A stretch of DNA of 60,740 nucleotides, taken from the NCBI GenBank assembly GCA_020047915.1, contig JAIFND010000039.1, positions 1-60,740 of the forward strand. Reading direction: 5' to 3'. Shown here piece after piece: positions 17,410 through 25,205 of this stretch; the first letter of the stretch is position 1, and every line of letters starts with the position of its first letter. The notes beneath the pieces are model-generated. The model searched no databases. It was not told the origin of the DNA and saw nothing but the letters and a program-made list of their open reading frames with translations. Both the position numbers and the translations under genes were made by a program. Source of the stretch: a bacterium (GTDB lineage: Bacteria; Planctomycetota; UBA11346).

Positions 17410-19311
17410 ATGCGCGTCCTGCTCGCCCTGCTCCTGCTGACCAGCCTGATCGCCGAGGAATCCTTCTTCTCGCGCCACGGCGTCACCGTCTCGGTGGAAC
17501 TTGAGACCACGGCCGATGGCCCGGTGATCGCGGCGACCTTCCAGCCGCGGCCGCAGGATCCTCCGCTGCATCTCTACGGCATGGGCCTGACACCGGGCGG
17601 GGCCGGCGTGCCGACCAACCTGCGCCTGGCGCCCGGATCGCCGGTGCGCGCGCGCGGTCCGCTGCGCGACGACCAGCCGGTGCACGACCTCGATGGCCTG
17701 CCGGTCTATCCCGATGGCACGGCGGTGACGCTGCGTCTGCCGATCAGCGCGCCGGCGGGCAGCGGCGAGATTCCGGTCGAGGTGCGCGTCTCCTACATGG
17801 CTTGCACCGCCGAGGCCTGCCTGGTGCCGGTCAACGATGCACCGTTGATCCTGCGCGTCCCGGGCGACGGATCTGCACCCGCGGCCGTAGGGGGCGGCGC
17901 CGCGCTCGACGATATCCGCGCCGTGATCCGCGAGGAGTTGGCCGGGACGCAGGCCAAGCTGCGCGCCGAACTGCGGGCCGAGCTGGCGGCTGCCGCAGAG
18001 CCACATGCGATCCGTTGGCGCCGTCCCGCCGACCGCGCCGCCGCCGAGGCGCTGATCGCCGAGGCGCACGCCGCCGGCAAGGCGGCGATCCTCGACTTCA
18101 CCGGCCCGAGCTGCATCAACTGCCTGCTCATGGCCAAGACGGTGTTCCGGGTGCCGGCGGTGGCGCGGGCGTGGAACAGCGGCGTGCCGATCGAGATCGA
18201 CACCGACCCGCCGCACGAGGATCTCGCCGCCTGGCAGCAGGAGCGCTTCGCCACCCAGAACCGCCCGCTCTACATCCGCATCGCACCGGATGGCAGCGAG
18301 GTGCGCTGGGACCGCGTCTTCGATCCTTCCGACACCGCCACCCTCGAACGCCTCGTCGCCCTCCTCGAACGCGGCGAGAGCGCCGCCGGCGATGCGACCG
18401 GCACCGGCTCGGGGTGGGGCGAGTTCCTGCTGCTCGCCGTGCTCGGCGGGCTGTTCACCTTGGTGATGCCGTGCACCTACCCGATGATCCCCTTCACCGT
18501 CAACATGTTCACCAAGCAGGCGGCAGGCGGAGCGAAGCTGCTGCCCCTCGCGGCCGCCTATGCCCTGGGCATCATCGCCTGCTTCGTCGGCCTGGGCGTG
18601 CTGATCACCGGCGTCTTCGGCGCCTCGCTCACCACCCTGGCCGGCCACCCGATCACCAACCTGCTGATCGGCGTCCTCTTCGTCGTGCTCGGCCTGTCGC
18701 TGCTCGGCGCCTGGTTCCTCACCCCGCCGAGCTGGCTGCAGAACGCGGCCGGCGGCGCGCGCGGTGGTTACTTCGGCGCGCTGCTGATGGGCCTGACCTT
18801 CGCCATCACTGCCTTCACCTGCACGGCCCCCTTCGCCGGGGCGGTGCTGGCGGCCGGCGTCGCGCACGGCGCGTGGGGATCGGCCGTGCTCGGCATGGCG
18901 ATCTACAGCGGCACCATCGCCCTGCCCTTCTTCCTGCTCGCCCTCGCTCCCGGCTGGCTGGCGCGACTGCCGCGCGCCGGGGCATGGATGAATGAGTTCA
19001 AGGTGGTGGGCGGGCTGGTTGAGATCGCTGCCGCCTGCAAGTTCCTCGCCATCTGCGACCATGCCTGGGGCTGGGGTATCATCGGACGCACCTTCTGCCT
19101 GGCGAGCTGGAGCGCCATCGCCCTGGCCATCGCCGCCTATGTCCTCGGCTGGTGGCGCCACGACGGCGATGAGAGCATCAAGCACGCCGGCCTCGGCCGG
19201 CTGAGCGCCGCCATCATCTGCGCCGCCCTGGCGATCTGGCTGGCGTCAGGCTTGGCCGGCAACCATCTGGGATTGATCGAGAGCTTCTTCCCGGGTGATG
19301 CAGCGCCGTAG
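17410..19311 (+). CDS. DsbD-like thiol:disulfide interchange protein with permuted domain order (alpha-like, thioredoxin-like, then transmembrane).
   Basis: Signal peptide MRVLLALLLLTSLIA, alpha-like YMACTAEACLVP, Trx-like ILDFTGPSCINC, and a DsbD/CcdA TM core with LVMPCTYPM and AFTCTAPF. Confidence 0.8.
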   Translation: MRVLLALLLLTSLIAEESFFSRHGVTVSVELETTADGPVIAATFQPRPQDPPLHLYGMGLTPGGAGVPTNLRLAPGSPVRARGPLRDDQPVHDLDGLPVYPDGTAVTLRLPISAPAGSGEIPVEVRVSYMACTAEACLVPVNDAPLILRVPGDGSAPAAVGGGAALDDIRAVIREELAGTQAKLRAELRAELAAAAEPHAIRWRRPADRAAAEALIAEAHAAGKAAILDFTGPSCINCLLMAKTVFRVPAVARAWNSGVPIEIDTDPPHEDLAAWQQERFATQNRPLYIRIAPDGSEVRWDRVFDPSDTATLERLVALLERGESAAGDATGTGSGWGEFLLLAVLGGLFTLVMPCTYPMIPFTVNMFTKQAAGGAKLLPLAAAYALGIIACFVGLGVLITGVFGASLTTLAGHPITNLLIGVLFVVLGLSLLGAWFLTPPSWLQNAAGGARGGYFGALLMGLTFAITAFTCTAPFAGAVLAAGVAHGAWGSAVLGMAIYSGTIALPFFLLALAPGWLARLPRAGAWMNEFKVVGGLVEIAAACKFLAICDHAWGWGIIGRTFCLASWSAIALAIAAYVLGWWRHDGDESIKHAGLGRLSAAIICAALAIWLASGLAGNHLGLIESFFPGDAAP

Positions 19312-19373
19312 TTCAGGGGCTTCGCCCAATGGTGTTCAGCCAGGACTCGCGCAGGACTAGGTGTGCCATTGAT

Positions 19374-19438
19374 GTGGCATGGGCGTCCCGCCCATGTGCA
19401 TGAGCCTCGTCGATCACGGGCGAGACGCCCGTGCCACA
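19374..19438. repeat. Two adjacent small GC hairpins (catgggcg-tcc-cgcccatg and cacgggcg-aga-cgcccgtg). The second (19407-19438) is repeated exactly at 32975-33006.
   Basis: A 32-nt identity, tcgtcgatcacgggcgagacgcccgtgccaca, occurs at both loci. Confidence 0.8.
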
Positions 19439-19498
19439 CGCGGCAGGTCGTGTTTAGCTGAACAGGCGGCGGGCCCTGGACCCGGCCGCAAACGACAC

Positions 19499-19528
19499 GG
19501 CGGTGGTCCGCTTGCGCGAACCACCGCC
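19499..19528 (-). terminator. Hairpin downstream of the selenoprotein gene; possible terminator.
   Basis: ggcggtggt-N12-accaccgcc. On the minus strand it is followed by gtgtcgtttg. Confidence 0.4.
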
Positions 19529-19550
19529 ATTGTGCGTCACGGGAAGCAGG

Positions 19551-20486
19551 CTAATTGCTGCCGGCGAGGACCCCGTACACGGTGTCGGGCATGGCCTTGG
19601 CCAACGCGGCCATGCCGTCGCGGCCAGCGGCCTGTTCCTTGGGTTTGCTTGAACCGGTCAGGCGCTTGCACTCCATATAGACCGAACGCGCTTTCAGCTC
19701 CTTCTTGATGACCGGGTCCTTGCCGAGTTCCGACAGGCGGCTCTTCAAGGCCTTGAGATCAAGACCGTCGAAGCGGCGGGACAGCCCCTCCAGCTTCTCG
19801 TAGGCCGCGAAACCTTCGCCTGCGGCAGCCAGGCCAGCCTCCAGCGCAGTGGTCGCCGAGGTGATCACCAGTTGGGACTGCTCGCCGACCGCGTTCTTGC
19901 GCTTGGCGGCACCGACCAATTCCTTGAGCGCCCCGGGCACCAGCCCGCGGTTGGCCTTCCACCACACTTCGATGACCCCGGCCTCGGTCAGGCCCTCGAC
20001 CGGGATGGCATGGGTGCCACCGGTCAGTCCCTTGAGGAAGGGCAGGGGCTTGCCCTTGCCGTAGGTTTCAGCCGTGCTGACGGTCTGCAGCGTGCCGTCA
20101 GGCTTCAGCAGTTCCGTCCACATCGTGGTCTTCTTGCCGACCCCGTTGGGATTGTTCGGGTCGTAGGCGCCGAGCGTGCGCTCGATGCCCTTCGACTTCA
20201 GCAGATCGGCCATCGCCTGCGGCTCGAAGTGCGGCGAGGTGACGATCACCCACACCGGCACCTTCTCCTTCTCAATCCAGTCCACCGCTTCTTTGACGCC
20301 CTCACCGAGGGACGCGACGCAGTGGGGTCAATGACCCGAGAATTGGTAGAGGAGGACGTGCTGTCCGGCGAAATCGGCGCTCGTACGCGAGACGCCGTCG
20401 CTGAACTGGAGCCTGGCGATCGGGTCGGCGGCGGCTAAGAAGCCGGCGACGACCAGCGCGAGACAGAGTCGGGCGAATATGGCCAT
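19551..20486 (-). CDS. Secreted thioredoxin-fold (TlpA/redoxin-like) selenoprotein with an in-frame TGA (Sec) at 20328-20330 in a U-P-H-C redox motif. Merges track ORFs 20328..20852 (C-terminal part) and 19551..20285.
   Basis: Reads MAIFARLCLALVVAGFLAAA...GQHVLLYQFSGH-TGA-PHCVASLGEGVKEAVDWIEKEK... in one frame. WCxxC-type context, SECIS-like hairpin 15-34 nt after the TGA, and selD/selA adjacent. Confidence 0.7.
20296..20315 (-). promoter_or_regulatory. Candidate bacterial SECIS stem-loop for the TGA at 20328-20330.
   Basis: mRNA is UGA-N12-GCG[U]CCCUC-GGU-GAGGGCGU: an 8-bp stem with a bulged U on the 5' side and G/U in the apical loop, at a spacing close to the E. coli fdhF SECIS. Confidence 0.5.
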
Positions 20487-20640
20487 ATATCGATTATGGA
20501 CAGCACGCCGACCAAGACAAGAAACAACCCGCCTCGTATCGCACGCCCGTGCGGGTAGCGCCAGACGGGGATTTGAGCCGCATGCCGATCGACTAGGGTC
20601 CGCCATGCCCGCCATCAATCTGCCCCGCCGCCGTGAAGTC

Positions 20641-22356
20641 ATGAAGCGCTCGATCGCGCTCGGCCACTGCATCTGCGATCCGCGCCTGGGCTGCCCCTGT
20701 CCGACCCTGAAGAACGAGGACCGCTGCCCCTGCGCCGGCGAAACCGCGCCGGAACCACCCGCCGATGCCGTGATCCGGCTGACCCAGAGCGTCAAGGCGG
20801 CGGGCTGCGGCGCCAAGATCGGCAAGGCGCAACTCGCGAGCCTGCTCGGCAACCTGCCGGTGATCGATGATCCGCGCGTCCTGATCGGGTCGGCGGCCGG
20901 CGACGATGCCGCCGTGCTGCGCCTGGACGGGTCGCGCGATGACCTGGTGCAGACCGTCGATGTGCTCTCGCCGCCGGTCGATGATCCCTACAGCTACGGC
21001 CGCATCGCCGCCGCCAACGCCCTGTCCGACATCTGGGCGATGGGCGGCCGCGCGGAATGCTCCCTGTCGGTGGTCGGTTGGCCGATGCACGACCTACCGC
21101 CCAGCGCGCTGGCCGAGGTGCTGCGCGGCGGGGCCGAGGCGATGCGCGAGGCCGGCGTGCCGGTGGTCGGCGGGCAAAGCGTCAACGCCGCCGAACCCTT
21201 CGCCGGCTACAGCGTCACCGGCACCGTGGCCGCCGGGCGCGCGATCCGCAATCAGGGCGCGCAACCGGGCGATGTGCTGGTGCTGAGCAAGGCGCTGGGC
21301 GGCGGGTTCCTGGGGTTCGCGCAGCAGATCGGCCTACTCGCGCCCGAGCACCTCGCCGCCTGGACGGCGCAGATGGCGGCCTTCAACCGCGCCGCCGGCG
21401 AGGCCATGGCGCGGCATGGCGCGCATGCCGGCACCGATGTGACCGGCTTCGCCCTGCTCGGCCATGCGATCGAGATCGCCATGCGCTCGCCGTGCGATCT
21501 GGTCATCGATTTCGATCGCCTGCCGATCCATCCCGGCGTCCAGGACCTGGCCCGCCGCGAGGTGTGGCCGGGAGCCCTGGAGCGCAACCGCGAGGCAGTC
21601 GCGCCCGAGCGCCTTGACCTCGCCGGTCTGAGCCCCGCCCAGATCGCCGTCCTGTTCTGCCCCGAGACCTCGGGCGGCATCCTCGCCTTCCTGCCCGCCG
21701 ATGCGGTGTTTGGCTACCGTGCCGACTGCGCCACCGCCGGGGTGGCGACCAGCGTGATCGGCGAGGTCGTGGCCGGCACCGGGCGCATCCGCGTCACCAC
21801 CAGCGATGCCGCCGCGTGGTCGCCGCTGGGCATCCCGAAATCTAAGGCTCCGGCGCCGACCGCCGCCAAGCTGGCGGCCATGGAAAAAGCTGGAGGCTGG
21901 AAGCTGGAGGCTGGAAGCGTGGCCATCCAGGACCTCGCTACCATCGCAGATCCTGCACATCGCCTCGCCACTGCGATCGCCGCCGCTCCTCCAGCCTCCA
22001 GCCCCCAGCCTCCAGCCCTCCTCCCCGAGACACCGTGCTGCGCCGAACCGCCCGCCACGGCCAACGCCATGGCCCCGCTGCCTACCGTCAGCGGCCTGCC
22101 GCCCGCCGCCGCTGCAGCGGCCTTCACCGCCTACATGCAGGCGGTGACCGCGCCGGGCGCCCTCGACGCGCGGACCAAGAAGCTGATCGCGCTGGCCCTG
22201 TCGGTGGCCGGGCGCTGCGAACCGTGCGTCGGCATCAACGCCGAGGGCGCGCAGAAGGCCGGCGCCGACCAGGCGCAGATCGCCGAAGCAGTGGCCCTGG
22301 GCATCGCCTTCGGTGGCGCCCCGACCGCGATGTTCTACAACGGCCTGCGGAAATAA
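20641..22356 (+). CDS. selD: Selenophosphate synthetase SelD (Cys form) with a Cys-rich N-terminal extension, fused through a repeat-derived linker to a C-terminal AhpD/carboxymuconolactone-decarboxylase-like CxxC domain. Alternative start at 20605.
   Basis: IRLTQSVKAAGCGAKIG, DDAAV, FGRIAAANALSDIWAMGG-type motifs. No stop until 22354-22356. C-terminus ALSVAGRCEPCVGINAEGAQKAG is an AhpD-like core. Confidence 0.85.
   Translation: MKRSIALGHCICDPRLGCPCPTLKNEDRCPCAGETAPEPPADAVIRLTQSVKAAGCGAKIGKAQLASLLGNLPVIDDPRVLIGSAAGDDAAVLRLDGSRDDLVQTVDVLSPPVDDPYSYGRIAAANALSDIWAMGGRAECSLSVVGWPMHDLPPSALAEVLRGGAEAMREAGVPVVGGQSVNAAEPFAGYSVTGTVAAGRAIRNQGAQPGDVLVLSKALGGGFLGFAQQIGLLAPEHLAAWTAQMAAFNRAAGEAMARHGAHAGTDVTGFALLGHAIEIAMRSPCDLVIDFDRLPIHPGVQDLARREVWPGALERNREAVAPERLDLAGLSPAQIAVLFCPETSGGILAFLPADAVFGYRADCATAGVATSVIGEVVAGTGRIRVTTSDAAAWSPLGIPKSKAPAPTAAKLAAMEKAGGWKLEAGSVAIQDLATIADPAHRLATAIAAAPPASSPQPPALLPETPCCAEPPATANAMAPLPTVSGLPPAAAAAAFTAYMQAVTAPGALDARTKKLIALALSVAGRCEPCVGINAEGAQKAGADQAQIAEAVALGIAFGGAPTAMFYNGLRK
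21889..22024. repeat. Inverted tandem-heptamer element F1. (GCTGGAR)x4 at 21889-21918, 66-nt spacer, (CYCCAGC)-type arm at 21985-22024. Lies inside the selD ORF.
   Basis: gctggaggctggaagctggaggctggaagc ... gctcctccagcctccagcccccagcctccagccctcctcc. Translated in frame as AGGWKLEAGS ... APPASSPQPPALLP. Confidence 0.85.
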
Positions 22357-22360
22357 CCGC

Positions 22361-23734
22361 ATGGACACCGACCTGCTGCGCCGCATCCCAGCCGCCGGCA
22401 CACTGCTTAACCGACCGCCGGTGCAGGCCTTGGTGGCCGCGCACGGCCACGGCCTGGTGCGCCACTGCCTGCGCCTGCTGCTCGACGAGCTGCGCGCCGC
22501 CGCCAAGGCCGGTTCAACACCGCCCGCCGCCGAGGAGCTGGAGCGCGAACTCACCGCGCGCGTCCGGCGCATCGCCGTGCCCGCGCTGCGCCGCGTGGTC
22601 AACGCCAGCGGCGTGCTGCTGCACACTGGCCTGGGCCGCAGCCCATTGTGCGATGAGGCGGTGGCGGCGCTGACCGCAGCCGCCGGCTACAGCGCGGTGC
22701 AGGCCAGCCTGGGCAGCGGCGACCGCAGCCTGCGCGAAGAACGTATCGAGCGCATGCTGTGTGAGCTGACTGGCTGCGAAGCGGCGACCGTGGTCAACAA
22801 CAACGCCGCCGCGACCATGCTGATGCTCGCGACGCTCGGAGGCGGCCGCGAGGTGGTGGTGTCGCGCGGCCATCTCGTCGAGATCGGCGGCAGCTACCGC
22901 ATGCCCGATGTCATGGCCATGAGCGGCTGCACCCTGGTCGAGGTCGGCTGCACCAACCGCACCCACCTGCGCGACTACGAACGCGCGATCACCCCGCAGA
23001 CCGCCGCGCTGCTGCATGTCCACACCAGCAACTACCGCATCCGCGGCTTTGCCGGCACGCCCGGCATTGCCGAGCTGGCGGGCCTGGCCAAGGCCAAGGG
23101 CGTGCTGGCCCTCGACGACATCGGCAGCGGCGCGCTGGTGCCGCTCTCCACCGTCGGGGTCGAGGACGAACCGCTGGTCGCAGCGAGCATCGCAGCCGGG
23201 GCCGAAATCGCCTGCTTCAGCGGCGACAAGCTGATCGGCGGCCCGCAGGCCGGCATCCTGGTCGGCAGCCGCGCCGCCATCACCCGCCTGCGCGCCAACC
23301 CCTACGCGCGCATGTTCCGCGTCTGCAAGCTGACCCTCGCCGCCCTCGAGGCGACCCTGGTGCACTACCTCAACGGCACCTGGCGCGAGGCCATCCCGTT
23401 CTGGGCTATGGCCTCGCGGCCGGCCAGCGAGATCGCTGCCGACGCTGCGGCCCTGGCGGCGCGCTGCGCCGACATCTCCGGCCTGCGGGCGCGGGTAGTC
23501 GAAACGGTGGCCTTCGTCGGCAGCGGTTCGGCGCCCGACGAGGGCATCGCCAGCGCCGGACTGCGCCTGAGCGCCGTCGGCATCGAGGCCGGCGAGCTGG
23601 CCAGACGCCTGCGCACCGGCGAACCAAGCGTTTTCGTGCGCCTTGAGGACGGTGCCTGCATCGCCGACTGCCGCACCCTGCGCCCGGGTGACGCCGAGCA
23701 GTTGCTGGCGGCTCTGCGTCGGGCGATGGGGTGA
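22361..23734 (+). CDS. selA: L-seryl-tRNA(Sec) selenium transferase SelA.
   Basis: N-terminus MDTDLLRRIPAAGTLLNRP, body VNNNAAATMLML...FSGDKLIGGPQAGILVG (PLP Lys region). Starts 5 nt after the selD stop. Confidence 0.9.
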   Translation: MDTDLLRRIPAAGTLLNRPPVQALVAAHGHGLVRHCLRLLLDELRAAAKAGSTPPAAEELERELTARVRRIAVPALRRVVNASGVLLHTGLGRSPLCDEAVAALTAAAGYSAVQASLGSGDRSLREERIERMLCELTGCEAATVVNNNAAATMLMLATLGGGREVVVSRGHLVEIGGSYRMPDVMAMSGCTLVEVGCTNRTHLRDYERAITPQTAALLHVHTSNYRIRGFAGTPGIAELAGLAKAKGVLALDDIGSGALVPLSTVGVEDEPLVAASIAAGAEIACFSGDKLIGGPQAGILVGSRAAITRLRANPYARMFRVCKLTLAALEATLVHYLNGTWREAIPFWAMASRPASEIAADAAALAARCADISGLRARVVETVAFVGSGSAPDEGIASAGLRLSAVGIEAGELARRLRTGEPSVFVRLEDGACIADCRTLRPGDAEQLLAALRRAMG

Positions 23735-23737
23735 TGG

Positions 23738-23829
23738 GCTGGAAGCTGGAAGCTGGAAGCTGGAAGCTGGAAGCATGATCCATCCACGGCTTCTCGTTCC
23801 TGTCGCCCCTCCAGCCTCCAGCCTCCAGC
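23738..23829. repeat. Inverted tandem-heptamer element F2. (GCTGGAA)x5 at 23738-23774, 33-nt spacer, (CCTCCAG)x3 at 23808-23829. Fills the convergent selA/pmbA gap.
   Basis: Read directly. Each unit carries an A-versus-G difference, so the pairing is uninterrupted (G-U) only in a minus-strand transcript. Confidence 0.88.
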
Positions 23830-23834
23830 GTCCC

Positions 23835-25205
23835 CTACACCGCCACCATAGCGTGCATACGCATCCACTCGGGGCCGTGCCAGCCGCCGACGGTGGCGAC
23901 TTCGCGGCTGAACGAGGCGCCGGTCATCGCCTCGCGCAGGACGCCCGACACGCTGCCGCCCTTCACCGCGATGCGTGAGCCATCGGGGGCGTTCCACCAG
24001 CCGAAGCGGATCTCGCCGGAGAAGGCGCCGGTGTCGTGGCGCGGATGGAACTCGCTGAAGCGCACCACCTCCAGCGAGCCGTGGCGCAGTTCGGCGGCGC
24101 CATGCCGGCCGGGCGGGGCGACCAGGGTGGCGAGCTGCCCGCGCGGCTGGCGCTCAAGCACCTGCATCCAACGCCCGGCACCGTGCAGCGCGGTCAACAC
24201 GCCGTCCTGGATGAAGTCCTGGCGGCAGGCGGCGTAGCCGTGCTCGTCGAAGCGGTAGGCGGCGAGGCTGGGGACGATCGCATCGCTGCTGAGATTCAGG
24301 CGGTCGCCGCCGCACGGCTCGACCACCGGGGCGTCGAGGGTCAGCGCGGCGATGTTGCGCACATGCTGGGCGGCATCGGCATGCGCGGCGTACCAGCCCA
24401 TCAGCCCGGCCAGATACTCGCCGCCGATCAGCACCGGCAGGCGGCCGGCTGGCGGCGGACCCGCCGCAGCACCGTCGCGCAGGCAGTCGGCGGCGTCGGC
24501 GACGCGCTCGGCCAGGCGCAACTCGCCCAGTGAGGCTGCCTCACAGCGGTCGTAGTATTCGCTCTCCTCGCCGTTGGCGCCGCGATGCAGCAGCACGAAC
24601 TCGGCGTAGCAGCGCGTGCGCCGCTCGGACAGGTCGAGGCCACGGTGGTTGACCAGGCGACGGTCGTCGATGCTGGCGAACAGCTCCAGCGCACTCGGTC
24701 GCGTCCACGGTGCGGCATGCACCGCATCGCCGAACAGGGCGATGTTGCCATGCAGCGCCTGGCCGGGATCGCGCGTGATCTGCTGGTCGGCGAGGAAGTC
24801 GGTGGCGGTGGCCATCTGCGCCCCGGTAGCGGCGCCACCGGCGACGTTGCAGGCGACCACGCCACCGCGCCAACCCGCCGCAGCGCCATTGTCACCCGGA
24901 CCGGGCAGCTTCCACGCGCGGTTGGGCGCCGACTGCGCGCTGGTCACCGCGGCGTCCAGCAGCACGCGCAGGTCGGGGCCGCCATGCACCGGCGTGACGG
25001 TGAAGCCAGCCTCGCCCTGCGTCCCATCCGGGTTCGGCGGCAGGGCTATCCACACCTGCCAGCGCACCGACGAGGCCTCGCGCTCGCTCTCGGGCTTGAG
25101 GAAAGTGAGATAACGCTCGAAGCGGCGGCTGCGCCGTTCGGTCACCTGCCACTGGGCGATCTCCGAGCGGCCAGCGAGGACATTCTGGATGAGGCGCAGG
25201 TCCAT
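23835..25205 (-). CDS. pmbA: PmbA/TldE-family metalloprotease partner.
   Basis: TldD/PmbA-family length and position. The start ATG shares one base with the tldD TGA (TGATG at 25203-25207). Confidence 0.78.
   Translation of the reverse strand: MDLRLIQNVLAGRSEIAQWQVTERRSRRFERYLTFLKPESEREASSVRWQVWIALPPNPDGTQGEAGFTVTPVHGGPDLRVLLDAAVTSAQSAPNRAWKLPGPGDNGAAAGWRGGVVACNVAGGAATGAQMATATDFLADQQITRDPGQALHGNIALFGDAVHAAPWTRPSALELFASIDDRRLVNHRGLDLSERRTRCYAEFVLLHRGANGEESEYYDRCEAASLGELRLAERVADAADCLRDGAAAGPPPAGRLPVLIGGEYLAGLMGWYAAHADAAQHVRNIAALTLDAPVVEPCGGDRLNLSSDAIVPSLAAYRFDEHGYAACRQDFIQDGVLTALHGAGRWMQVLERQPRGQLATLVAPPGRHGAAELRHGSLEVVRFSEFHPRHDTGAFSGEIRFGWWNAPDGSRIAVKGGSVSGVLREAMTGASFSREVATVGGWHGPEWMRMHAMVAV

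Noticed and set aside
20487-20640. Possible tRNA-Sec (selC) or selB near selD/selA.
   Set aside because: No cloverleaf-like sequence with a UCA anticodon was found in the intergenic regions of the selenium locus, and no EF-Tu-like selB ORF is in the window. Both are presumably elsewhere.
19551-20852. Treating 19551..20285 and 20328..20852 as two independent genes.
   Set aside because: They share strand and frame and are separated only by a TGA inside a redoxin CxxC-type motif. The upper ORF beyond 20486 overlaps the selD promoter/5' region and lacks coding character. They are merged into one Sec-containing CDS starting at 20486.
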